Origin: Alphaproteobacteria bacterium
Lineage (GTDB): Bacteria > Pseudomonadota > Alphaproteobacteria > Rickettsiales > JABDBP01
DNA: 64,000 nt
NCBI GenBank assembly: GCA_013288565.1
Contig: JABDBP010000006.1
Span: 5,088 to 69,087 of the forward strand
Reading direction: 5' to 3'
Shown piece by piece: positions 54,862 through 64,000 of this stretch. The position numbers and the translations under genes are program-made. The notes under the pieces are model-generated. The model saw only the letters and a list, made by a program, of their open reading frames with translations. It did not search any database and was not told the DNA's origin. Position 1 is the stretch's first letter, and each line of letters opens with the position of its first letter.

Positions 54862-57561
54862 TCACAGCGTTCCGTGGCAATGCTTATATTTTTTCCCCGA
54901 ACCACAGGGGCAGGCCTCGTTCCGACCTATTCTGCCCCAGGTTTCTGGATTGTTCGGATCGATCACTTCCGAATGGCGGATTTTTAAGGGCACGTGGGTT
55001 TCGACCTCGCGCTCCTGCTGGCGCATTTCCGGCGGCGCGCCGGGATCGATCCGGGTTTCATGCATTTTCATTCTTTTCGGTGCCGGAATAATCCGGGGTT
55101 TTTCAACTGGCAATACGCTTAGTTCCAAATGGCTAAGCCTGGAAATCACCACCTCGCGCAAATTGCCGAGCATCCTCTCGAACATCATAAACGCCTCGCG
55201 CTTATATTCGTTGAGCGGATCTTTCTGGCCGTAAGCGCGCAAGTTTATGCCCTGGCGGAGGTGATCGAGCGAGAGCAGATGGTCTTTCCACAAGCCGTCC
55301 AGGGTGAACAGCAGTAGGCGCTTTTCAACATTCCGCATGACGCTTGCACCGTATTTTTCTTCTTTCCCCTCAAAATGGTAACGTACTTCGTGCAAAACGC
55401 GCTCAATGATTTCTTTCTCAGCAGCACCTTCCTCCATCGCCCATTCCTCAACCGGAATGGTGAAGCCAAATATCCGCCTGAGCTCCTTCTCCAGAGTTTC
55501 GGTTTGCCAGGCTTCGGCATAGGCGTTCTGCGGGACATGCAAGTTCACCAGGTTTTCCGTCACTTCCCTCAGCATTTCATTTATGGTTTCGGAGACGTCT
55601 TCAGCCTCCATTAATTCGATGCGCTGTTCGTAAATGACTTTACGCTGGTCATTCATCACGTCATCGAATTTTAGCAGGCTTTTCCGCATTTCGTAGTTGC
55701 GCGCTTCGACACGGCTCTGTGCTTTTTCCAATGCCTTGCTCATCCATGGATGGAAAATCGCCTCACCTTCTTTTAAGCCCATGCGGCGCAGGAACGCATC
55801 CATTTTTTCCGAACCAAAAATCCGCATTAAATCATCTTGCAGCGAGAGAAAGAATTTCGATTCACCGGGATCGCCCTGGCGGCCCGAACGGCCGCGGAGC
55901 TGATTATCGATGCGGCGGCTTTCGTGCCGCTCGGTGCCGATGACGTATAACCCTCCCGCCGCGATAACTTTTTCTTTGTCTGCTTGTATTTCCGCCGCAA
56001 TTTTTTCTTTCTGCTCTGGCGCCTGTTTTATCAAAGGTTCCGGGTTTCCTCCGAGCATTATATCAGTACCGCGCCCAGCCATGTTTGTGGCGATGGTGAC
56101 GCCCCTGGAGCGTCCGGCCTGCGCGATAATTTCCGCTTCCTGCTCATGATAGCGCGCGTTCAAAACCTGATGCGGAATTTTCTTTTTCTTCAGTAGGCCG
56201 GAAAGATATTCCGAGCGCTCAATCGAAATCGTTCCCACAAGCATCGGCTGGCCTTTTTTATGGCACTCCTCGATGAGTGCGATTATCGCGGCGTTCTTCT
56301 CATCCAACGTGCGGTAGATTTCATCATCGCGGTCGCTGCGTGCTACCGCCATATTGGTTGGAATCTCTATCACATCTAATTTATAAATATCCCGGAATTC
56401 GGCAGCTTCGGTCATAGCCGTTCCGGTCATACCGGCAAGTTTCTTATAAAGCCGGAAATAATTCTGGAAAGTGATCGAAGCAAGTGTTTGATTTTCATTC
56501 TGCACCGGAACTTTTTCCTTGGCCTCCAGCGCTTGATGCAGGCCTTCAGAATATCTGCGGCCTTCCATCATCCGGCCGGTGAACTCATCAATGATGACAA
56601 GTTTATTGTCCTTCACGATATAATCAACGTCGCGGGTGAATAATTTATGCGCGCGGAGCGCCTGATTCGCGTGATGCACGGCTCCGATGTTCGCCATATC
56701 GTAAAGGTTGGAACCCGGCTCGACAATTCCTTCGGCTGTCAGCATTGCCTCGATTTTCTTGCTCCCTTCCTCGGTCAATGTGACGGTGCGGGCTTTTTCG
56801 TCTTTCTCAAAATCCGCCGCTTCCAGCTTTGGAATCAACCAGTCAACCTTCACATATAGGTCCGAATTATCCTCCGACGGACCAGAGATGATCAACGGCG
56901 TTCGTGCTTCGTCAATCAGGATTGAATCGACCTCGTCGACAATGGCAAAATTGAACGGCCGCTGTACCATTTCAGCGCGGGTGAACTTCATGTTGTCACG
57001 TAGGTAATCGAATCCCAATTCGTTGTTCGTGCCGTAAGTGACATCAGCGGCATAGGCCGCACGGCGCTCGTCATCGTCCAGATCATGCACGATGCAGCCG
57101 ACGGTTAGCCCCAGGAATTCGTGGATTTTGCCCATCCATTCTGAGTCGCGTTTGGCGAGGTAATCGTTGACAGTGACGATATGCACGCCCTTGCCTTCCA
57201 GCGCGTTCAAATATGTCGCAAGCGTTGCGACCAGGGTTTTTCCCTCACCGGTGCGCATTTCCGCGATCATGCCGCGGTGGAGTATTACACCACCGATTAT
57301 CTGTACATCGAAATGGCGGAGGCCGAGAGTCCGCCGTGAAACCTCGCGCACCGTGGCGAAGGCTTCCGGCAAAATATCGCTCAATGTTTCGCCGGAGCGC
57401 AATTTCCTGCGGAACCTATCGGTCTGGCCACGCAAATCGGAATCGGAAAGCTTTTGCAGTTCCGGCTCAAGTGCGTTCACTTCGACAACGATCGGCTGGA
57501 TGGATTTTATCATCCGCTCGTTGACGGTGCCGAATATTCTTTTGGCTATTGTTGATAACAT
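54862..57561 (-). CDS. secA: Protein translocase subunit SecA
   Basis: [35 protein letters not shown]-terminal [13 protein letters not shown]. Confidence 0.99.
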   Translation of the reverse strand: MLSTIAKRIFGTVNERMIKSIQPIVVEVNALEPELQKLSDSDLRGQTDRFRRKLRSGETLSDILPEAFATVREVSRRTLGLRHFDVQIIGGVILHRGMIAEMRTGEGKTLVATLATYLNALEGKGVHIVTVNDYLAKRDSEWMGKIHEFLGLTVGCIVHDLDDDERRAAYAADVTYGTNNELGFDYLRDNMKFTRAEMVQRPFNFAIVDEVDSILIDEARTPLIISGPSEDNSDLYVKVDWLIPKLEAADFEKDEKARTVTLTEEGSKKIEAMLTAEGIVEPGSNLYDMANIGAVHHANQALRAHKLFTRDVDYIVKDNKLVIIDEFTGRMMEGRRYSEGLHQALEAKEKVPVQNENQTLASITFQNYFRLYKKLAGMTGTAMTEAAEFRDIYKLDVIEIPTNMAVARSDRDDEIYRTLDEKNAAIIALIEECHKKGQPMLVGTISIERSEYLSGLLKKKKIPHQVLNARYHEQEAEIIAQAGRSRGVTIATNMAGRGTDIMLGGNPEPLIKQAPEQKEKIAAEIQADKEKVIAAGGLYVIGTERHESRRIDNQLRGRSGRQGDPGESKFFLSLQDDLMRIFGSEKMDAFLRRMGLKEGEAIFHPWMSKALEKAQSRVEARNYEMRKSLLKFDDVMNDQRKVIYEQRIELMEAEDVSETINEMLREVTENLVNLHVPQNAYAEAWQTETLEKELRRIFGFTIPVEEWAMEEGAAEKEIIERVLHEVRYHFEGKEEKYGASVMRNVEKRLLLFTLDGLWKDHLLSLDHLRQGINLRAYGQKDPLNEYKREAFMMFERMLGNLREVVISRLSHLELSVLPVEKPRIIPAPKRMKMHETRIDPGAPPEMRQQEREVETHVPLKIRHSEVIDPNNPETWGRIGRNEACPCGSGKKYKHCHGTL

Positions 57562-57615
57562 AGTTTGAATCAGTTCCTTGGTTTTTTCTGCATAAAAGAA
57601 TTAAAAAAATATAAC

Positions 57616-58089
57616 TCAACGCACCCTATCATTTGGGTTGCCAGCGCTTTTTATAGTGGATGAATGTAGTGCTTCTGCACCCAAAAACTCATAAATGGCT
57701 GTTTGTGCATCCATTGCTATTTGTGCAATTCTGCCATTGATATGATGAAGCACTATTCCTCCTAACTTCATATGCTGTATTTGATCCTTCTCACCTGTTG
57801 TCATATCTTTTGCTTGTTTGGCAAAGTGTGCCAGATTTTTAAGGTGCGGGTTATCAACCATTACCTGCTTGTCTAAAACCAAGCTTAATAATAGCTCAAG
57901 ACCAATTGATTGGTTATTGAGAAGTGCCTCAATTGCATTTTTTTGTTCTTGCATCAACACCATCAGAGCATCGTAACGATCAGGCAACCGATAAGCCTCA
58001 CGCGTTAAATCTAACTCAGCAATGGCACCAGGAAGTACTTTCAGGCTATTTTCCAATTCAGCACGTTTTATTGTATCTTTTAAGCTCAT
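57616..58089 (-). CDS. Orphan helical hypothetical protein (157 aa)
   Basis: AT-rich ORF filling the gap upstream of secA; ends NPNDRVR. Confidence 0.6.
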   Translation of the reverse strand: MSLKDTIKRAELENSLKVLPGAIAELDLTREAYRLPDRYDALMVLMQEQKNAIEALLNNQSIGLELLLSLVLDKQVMVDNPHLKNLAHFAKQAKDMTTGEKDQIQHMKLGGIVLHHINGRIAQIAMDAQTAIYEFLGAEALHSSTIKSAGNPNDRVR

Positions 58090-58273
58090 TGACAGTACCG
58101 AATATTTTTCGCGAGGGTAGAGATCATGTTTTAAAAATTCGTCGGTTGCAGTGTTCCAGGGATCTAACTTTCCAATATACTTTTATTTTTTTAGGGGGTT
58201 ATAATCCCTCAAAATACCGGGGTTGCCAAGAAGTAAATAGCAAAACTTGACGAAATGTATTAGAGGAAATAGC

Positions 58274-58999
58274 ATGGTTGCCGCAAGCATAGACCTTAAA
58301 GAAATAGAGAAATTTTCCAGAGTGGCGGATTCCTGGTGGGATGAGCGCGGGGATTTCGCGCCTCTGCATAGGATAAACCCGGTCAGGATCGGGTTTATAT
58401 TGCAGAAAGTTGAGGGTTGCGGGTTACAATCTCTCCAGGGGTTACGCATTTTAGACATCGGCTGTGGCGGTGGGCTGCTGGCCGAGCCGATGGCGCGCCT
58501 GGGGGCGTTGGTTACTGGCATTGACGCATCGCCGGAAAATATCGCGGTGGCAAAACTTCACGCGGCAGCGGAGGGGTTGGAGATTGATTACCGGGCGGGG
58601 AATGTGGAGGAGTTAGCTGCAAATCGCAACTTGCAACTCTTCGATATTATCCTCGCCATGGAGATAATTGAGCATGTGGCGGATGTACCGGGTTTCGTTG
58701 GAAGCTGCTGCAAATTGCTCGCGCCGGGGGGGGTGATGATTCTTTCCACCATCAACCATACGCTTAAAAGCCTGGCACTCGCCAAAATCGGGGCGGAATA
58801 CATCCTGCGCTGGCTGCCCATAGGGACGCATGACTGGCGGAAATTCTTGAGTCCCGGCGAGATTGAGCCGCTACTCCGCGTGGGCGGATTGAAATTGGTG
58901 GAGTTGAAAGGCATGTCATATTCGCCCTTAAAAAATTCCTGGCATTTAACCGATGACATTTCGGTAAATTATTTTATGGTGGCGATTAAAGGAAAATAA
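58274..58999 (+). CDS. ubiG: Ubiquinone biosynthesis O-methyltransferase
   Basis: WWD..G.FAPLHRINPVR, LDIGCGGG, MEIIEHV, AEYILRWLP.GTH. Confidence 0.95.
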   Translation: MVAASIDLKEIEKFSRVADSWWDERGDFAPLHRINPVRIGFILQKVEGCGLQSLQGLRILDIGCGGGLLAEPMARLGALVTGIDASPENIAVAKLHAAAEGLEIDYRAGNVEELAANRNLQLFDIILAMEIIEHVADVPGFVGSCCKLLAPGGVMILSTINHTLKSLALAKIGAEYILRWLPIGTHDWRKFLSPGEIEPLLRVGGLKLVELKGMSYSPLKNSWHLTDDISVNYFMVAIKGK

Positions 59000-59011
59000 T
59001 GAGGCAAAATA

Positions 59012-60196
59012 ATGCGCGGAAAGAAACTTAAGATAATTCTGATATTGGTCGCCATTGGCCTGGCGGTATATTATTTGCCTAGGCTTTTTGGTGGTCATGG
59101 CCAAGAAAAACAACAGGGGATGGCTATGCCGATTGATGTCGCAGCCGTCATTGAGCGCGATGTCCAGCAATGGAACGAATTTTCCGGCCGCCTAGTTGCG
59201 GTTGATCAGGTTGAGGTAAAACCCCGTGTTTCCGGTGCGATCGACAGCATACATTTCCAGGAAGGTGCAACCGTGAAGAAAGGAGACCTGCTTTTCATCA
59301 TCGATCCGCGGCCATATGCCGCCGAAATTGCGCGAGAAGAAGGGGCGCTGGCGTCGGCGGAAGCCCAGGTTTCGCTGGCGATCACCGAAAGCGCACGTGC
59401 GAAGCGGCTTTTGGCTGATAAGGCTATTCCGCAGCGTGAATATGACGAAAAGATAAACGCGTTAAAAGTGGCAGAGGCAAACGTAAAAACTGCGCATGCG
59501 GCGCTCGAAGCTGCGAAACTTAATCTTGAATATAGCCATATCAAGGCGCCGGTCACTGGCCGCATCGGCCGCGCCGAGATAACCGTCGGCAATATAGTCG
59601 AAGCGGGGTCAAGCGCGCCGACACTCACCAGCATTGTCTCGAACAACCCGGTTTATGCCGATTTCGATGTGGATGAGCAGACTTTTCTGAATTATGTTCG
59701 GGCCAAGGCCACCGGCAATAAGGATGCCGGAAAAATCCCGGTCATGCTAGCACTGGACGCTGGTAACAACATATTGCGCGGCGGCGCCATACAATCTTTT
59801 GACAACCGGCTGAATCCGCAGTCCGGCACTATCCGCGTCCGTGCCGTGTTCGATAATTCCGACGGTGCCCTGGTGCCCGGATTGTTCGCCCGGATAATGC
59901 TGGGCGATGCCGGATTGACCAAAGCTATACTCATCACCGATAAGGCTGTCGGTACCGACCAGAGCAAAAAATTCGTCCTTGTAGTTGGCGCAGATAACAA
60001 AGTGCAATACCGGGAAATCAAGCTAGGCGGGGTGACGGAAGGATTGCGTGTAATCAAGGAAGGCTTGCGTCCGGGCGAGAAAATAATCGTCAATGGCCTC
60101 CAGAGATCCAAGCCGGGAATGGAAGTGAAGCCAGAATTGGTGGGGATGGAGAATCAGAAATCTGAATCCGGAACACAGAAGCCGGAAAAGAAATGA
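59012..60196 (+). CDS. RND efflux periplasmic adaptor (membrane fusion protein)
   Basis: N-terminal anchor, VKPRVSG, IDPRPY, APVTGRIG; operon with RND permease. Confidence 0.93.
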   Translation: MRGKKLKIILILVAIGLAVYYLPRLFGGHGQEKQQGMAMPIDVAAVIERDVQQWNEFSGRLVAVDQVEVKPRVSGAIDSIHFQEGATVKKGDLLFIIDPRPYAAEIAREEGALASAEAQVSLAITESARAKRLLADKAIPQREYDEKINALKVAEANVKTAHAALEAAKLNLEYSHIKAPVTGRIGRAEITVGNIVEAGSSAPTLTSIVSNNPVYADFDVDEQTFLNYVRAKATGNKDAGKIPVMLALDAGNNILRGGAIQSFDNRLNPQSGTIRVRAVFDNSDGALVPGLFARIMLGDAGLTKAILITDKAVGTDQSKKFVLVVGADNKVQYREIKLGGVTEGLRVIKEGLRPGEKIIVNGLQRSKPGMEVKPELVGMENQKSESGTQKPEKK

Positions 60197-63100
60197 ATAT
60201 CTCCCGCTTCTTCATAGACCGACCGATATTCGCGGGCGTCCTTTCGCTGCTGATTTTCATTGCCGGCGCGATTGCCGTCTGGCAATTGCCGATCTCCGAA
60301 TATCCCGAAGTGGTGCCGCCGTCGGTGGTTGTGCACGCCCAATTTCCAGGTGCTAATCCGGAAGTAATCGCCGAAACCGTTGCGGCACCGCTCGAAGAGC
60401 AAATCAACGGTGTCCCGGGCATGCTTTATATGTTCAGCCAGGGCACCAGCGACGGACAGATGAATCTCACCGTCACTTTCCGCCTGGGCACCGACGGGGA
60501 TTTAGCCCAGGAGCAGGTACAGAACCGTGTCAGTCAGGCACTGCCCAGGCTGCCGGATATCGTTCGACAGTTTGGCGTCACTGTGGTGAAAAGCTCGCCT
60601 GATATCACCATGGTTGTCCACCTGATTTCGCCCAAAGACCGTTACGACATGCTTTATTTGCGCAATTACGCGCTGCTGAACGTCCAAGACAGGCTGGCGC
60701 GCCTGCAAGGCGTTGGCCAGGTGCGGGTTTTCGGCGGCGGCGATTATGCAATGCGTATTTGGCTAAATCCCGAGAAAATTGCCGAACATGGCATGAGTGC
60801 TCATGATGTAATCAACGCTATCCGGGAGCAGAACCTGCAGGTGGCGGCGGGGATTATAGGCGCGCCGCCCTCACCGAATGGCCCAGATTTAACACTTTCG
60901 GTAAATGCCGAAGGCCGGTTGCACAGCGAAGAGGAATTCGGCAATATTATCGTGAGAACGGCGAAAGACGGTGCGGTGACGCGGTTAAAAGACGTGGCGC
61001 GTGTTGAGCTTGGCGCATCAGATTATTCGCTGCGCTCACTGCTCGATAACAAACCGGCGATCGCCATCGGGATTTTCCAGGAGCCGGGAGCGAATGCGCT
61101 AGCCATTTCCGCGAACGTACGGAAAGTCATGCAGGATTTGAAGCGCGATTTCCCCGAAGGCCTGGATTATAAGATCGTTTACGATCCGACGGTATTCGTG
61201 CGCGAATCAATCCGGGCAGTGATTCATACATTGCTCGAAGCCGTGGCGTTGGTGGTGCTGGTGGTGATATTGTTCCTACAAACCTGGCGTGCTTCGATCA
61301 TACCACTGCTTGCTGTGCCGGTTTCCATCGTCGGAACTTTCGCACCGATGTTGCTATTCGGGTTTTCTATCAACGCGCTTTCGCTGTTCGGATTGGTGCT
61401 GGCAATTGGTATCGTTGTAGATGACGCCATCGTGGTAGTGGAGAACGTCGAGCGAAACATTGAGCGCGGGCTTTCGGCAAAGGACGCGACATACCAGGCG
61501 ATGCGGGAGGTTTCCGGGCCCATAATCGCCATCGCGCTTTCACTTATCGCCGTATTCGTGCCTATAGCCTTCATCAGCGGATTGACCGGCCAGTTCTATC
61601 GGCAGTTTGCGCTTACCATCGCCATGTCCACTGTGATTTCCGCTTTCAATTCGCTGACGCTTAGCCCCGCCATGGCAGCGCTACTCCTGAAAAGCCGTGA
61701 CGCACCGAAAGACCCGCTGATGCGGGTGATGGATAAAAACCTGGCCTGGCTGTTCGGCCCCTTCAACCGCATGTTCAAGCGCGGATCGGAAAAATACTCC
61801 GGCGGGGTGATGAAAGTTTTAAACCGCAAGGCACTGGCGTTCACGGTATATATGATCCTAATAGGGTTCACCTATATCGGGTTTTCGCATGTGCCGATGG
61901 GATATGTGCCGCAGCAGGACAAGCAGTATCTGGTCGGCTTCGCGCAACTGCCGAACGCCGCAAACCTCGACCGTACCGAGTCCGTCATCCACCGCATGTC
62001 GGAAATCGCGATGAAAACGCCGGGCGTAGAAAACGCCGTAGCCTTCCCCGGGCTTTCCATTAACGGATTCACCAATTCCACCAGTGCTGGAATAGTTTTC
62101 GTGACGCTGAAACCCTTCGACGAGCGTAATTCCAGCGATCTTTCCGGTGGCGGCATCGCGCATAGCCTGAACATGCAATTCGCCTCGATAAAAGATGCGT
62201 TCATCGCCATGTTCCCGCCGCCTTCGGTGCAGGGACTTGGCACTATCGGCGGATTCAAACTGGAAATCGAAGATCGGGCGGATTTGGGTAATAACGCTTT
62301 GAGCGATACGGTGGGTGCGGTTCTCGGTAAATCATACAAGAGCAAGGAAGTGGCGGGCGCATTTTCCGGGTTCCAGATAAACGTACCCCAGCTTTTCGCC
62401 GACATTGACCGCACCCGCGCCAAGCAGCTCGGACTCTCCATCACCGATATATTCGATACAATGCAGATTTATCTCGGCTCGCTCTATATCAACGACTTCA
62501 ACAAATTCGGCCGTACCTATGAGGTGATTGCCCAGGCCGATGCACCGTTCCGCGCATTACCGGAAAATATCGGGCAGTTGAAAGTCCGGAATGTGACGGG
62601 GGAAATGGTGCCTTTGGGCAGCGTTTTGAAGGTGAGTCAGAGTTATGGGCCGGACCGTGCTATGCGCTATAACGGCTACCGCTCGGCTGATATAAACGGT
62701 GCACCTGCTCCGGGATTTTCCACCGGCCAGGCGCAGGATGCGATAGAAAAAATCGTGCGTGAAACTCTGCCCAAGGGCATGGATTTCGAATGGACGGAAT
62801 TGCCGTACCAGCAAATTCTCGCTGGTAATACAGCAATATGGGTGTTTCCGCTCTGCGTGCTGTTCGTGTTCCTGGTGCTGGCGGCACAATATGAAAGCCT
62901 GACGCTGCCGCTCGCCATCATCATGATCGTGCCGATGTGCCTGCTTTGCGCCATCACCGGCGTGTGGATTTCCGGTGGCGATAACAATATTTTCACGCAG
63001 ATCGGCTTGTTCGTGCTGGTCGGCCTAGCCTGCAAGAACGCCATACTTATCGTCGAATTTGCCCGTGAATTGGAGATTTCCGGCGAAACGCCGGTGCAGG

Positions 63101-63372
63101 CAGCGATACATGCCTGCCGCATGCGGCTCAGGCCCATATTGATGACGTCATTCGCATTCATTATGGGTGTAATCCCGCTAGTGCTCAGTCGCGGCGCTGG
63201 CGCGGAAATGCGGCATGCAATGGGCGTCGCAGTGTTTTCCGGGATGCTCGGCGTAACTTTTTTCGGCTTGTTCCTGACGCCGGTATTTTATGTGGGACTC
63301 AGGCTTCTGGTGAACAAGCCGCTGCATCATGCGGGCGGAGTATCAATCGGCGGGACAGAGGGGGGAAAATGA
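60193..63372 (+). CDS. Multidrug efflux RND permease (HAE1; MexF/OqxB-like)
   Basis: FFIDRPIFA, GIVVDDAIVVVEN, KNAILIVEF, RLRPILMT. Confidence 0.96.
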   Translation: MNISRFFIDRPIFAGVLSLLIFIAGAIAVWQLPISEYPEVVPPSVVVHAQFPGANPEVIAETVAAPLEEQINGVPGMLYMFSQGTSDGQMNLTVTFRLGTDGDLAQEQVQNRVSQALPRLPDIVRQFGVTVVKSSPDITMVVHLISPKDRYDMLYLRNYALLNVQDRLARLQGVGQVRVFGGGDYAMRIWLNPEKIAEHGMSAHDVINAIREQNLQVAAGIIGAPPSPNGPDLTLSVNAEGRLHSEEEFGNIIVRTAKDGAVTRLKDVARVELGASDYSLRSLLDNKPAIAIGIFQEPGANALAISANVRKVMQDLKRDFPEGLDYKIVYDPTVFVRESIRAVIHTLLEAVALVVLVVILFLQTWRASIIPLLAVPVSIVGTFAPMLLFGFSINALSLFGLVLAIGIVVDDAIVVVENVERNIERGLSAKDATYQAMREVSGPIIAIALSLIAVFVPIAFISGLTGQFYRQFALTIAMSTVISAFNSLTLSPAMAALLLKSRDAPKDPLMRVMDKNLAWLFGPFNRMFKRGSEKYSGGVMKVLNRKALAFTVYMILIGFTYIGFSHVPMGYVPQQDKQYLVGFAQLPNAANLDRTESVIHRMSEIAMKTPGVENAVAFPGLSINGFTNSTSAGIVFVTLKPFDERNSSDLSGGGIAHSLNMQFASIKDAFIAMFPPPSVQGLGTIGGFKLEIEDRADLGNNALSDTVGAVLGKSYKSKEVAGAFSGFQINVPQLFADIDRTRAKQLGLSITDIFDTMQIYLGSLYINDFNKFGRTYEVIAQADAPFRALPENIGQLKVRNVTGEMVPLGSVLKVSQSYGPDRAMRYNGYRSADINGAPAPGFSTGQAQDAIEKIVRETLPKGMDFEWTELPYQQILAGNTAIWVFPLCVLFVFLVLAAQYESLTLPLAIIMIVPMCLLCAITGVWISGGDNNIFTQIGLFVLVGLACKNAILIVEFARELEISGETPVQAAIHACRMRLRPILMTSFAFIMGVIPLVLSRGAGAEMRHAMGVAVFSGMLGVTFFGLFLTPVFYVGLRLLVNKPLHHAGGVSIGGTEGGK

Positions 63373-64000
63373 GAAAGTTTTTCTGCCTTTTTGCATTGAT
63401 GGTTTCCGCCTGCAGTCTGGCACCAAAATACAAAAAACCGGAAATGAACATTCCGCAGCAATTCAAAGAGGCAGGTAATTGGAAGATCGCCGAGCCGGGG
63501 GAAAATAAGGATCGCGGGGAGTGGTGGAAAATTTTCAATGATCCTGAGTTGGATAGTCTCGAAGCGGAGGCGGTGAAAGCTAATCAATCACTGAAAGCCG
63601 CCGCTGCGCGCGTCGAAGAATCACGCGCTGCTGTGCGTGCCGCGCGCGCCTCTTTCTTCCCGGAAATCAACCTCGGCGGCAATGCATTAAGATCTAAGCC
63701 TCCCAGTGCTTCCGGCATTGCGTTCGGCCTTCCGGCAAAGCAATTCCGGCCATATACACTCTACAGCGCCGAAGGCTCGGTTTCCTACGAAGCCGATTTG
63801 TTCGGCCGGGTGCAGGATACTTACAAAGCCGCGAAATTCGACGCCAAAGGTGAAGCGGCAACTTACCACAGCATATTGCTGGCACTTCAAGCCGACGTCG
63901 CCGAAAATTATTTCGCGCTCCGCGCCATGGATGCCGAGCGCGTGTTGCTGCGTGATACGGTGCAAATCCGGACGGAAGGAAACCGCATAATGCAAGATGA
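63369..64000 (+). CDS. RND outer-membrane factor lipoprotein (NodT/OprM family), 3'-truncated by window edge
   Basis: Manual translation MRKFFCLFALMVSACSLAPKY...WWKIFNDPELDSL...SYEADLFGRV; ATGA overlap with the permease. Confidence 0.92.
   Translation, partial: MRKFFCLFALMVSACSLAPKYKKPEMNIPQQFKEAGNWKIAEPGENKDRGEWWKIFNDPELDSLEAEAVKANQSLKAAAARVEESRAAVRAARASFFPEINLGGNALRSKPPSASGIAFGLPAKQFRPYTLYSAEGSVSYEADLFGRVQDTYKAAKFDAKGEAATYHSILLALQADVAENYFALRAMDAERVLLRDTVQIRTEGNRIMQD

Overview
Window from an alphaproteobacterial chromosome of roughly 50% GC (estimated by eye). RpoB and RpoC carry Rickettsiales-type motifs ([23 protein letters not shown]; [17 protein letters not shown]), yet the gene content (malate synthase A, Kdp K+ pump, queC/queE, RND pump, S-layer-like protein) fits a metabolically richer, probably basal member of that group. 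The housekeeping backbone is rpoB-rpoC, dsbD, ftsZ, smpB-dapA-slt, yfgM-bamB-der, ispE, queCE, polA, dapE, xseB, secA, ubiG and an RND efflux operon. AT-richer orphan ORFs interrupt it repeatedly, one of them between rpoB and rpoC. A ~17 kb block between inward-facing tRNA-Leu(TAA) and tRNA-Pro(TGG) encodes a cell-surface module: a SPINDLY/OGT-type GT41 glycosyltransferase, a phage-fibre-like protein, two RTX/S-layer-type proteins, a Wzm/Wzt exporter coupled to a sulfotransferase, and a porin-kdpFABC unit with no adjacent kdpDE. Other notable items are an 897-aa secreted Cys-knot/hexapeptide/poly-Gly mosaic protein preceded by tandem CtrA boxes, four GTCAT...ATGAC palindromic elements (one in frame at the dsbD 5' end), heptamer repeats inside coding sequences, and an internally deleted mini-LemA. 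No CRISPR array, rRNA, integrase or transposase was seen. All calls come from reading motifs by eye; no database searches were run.
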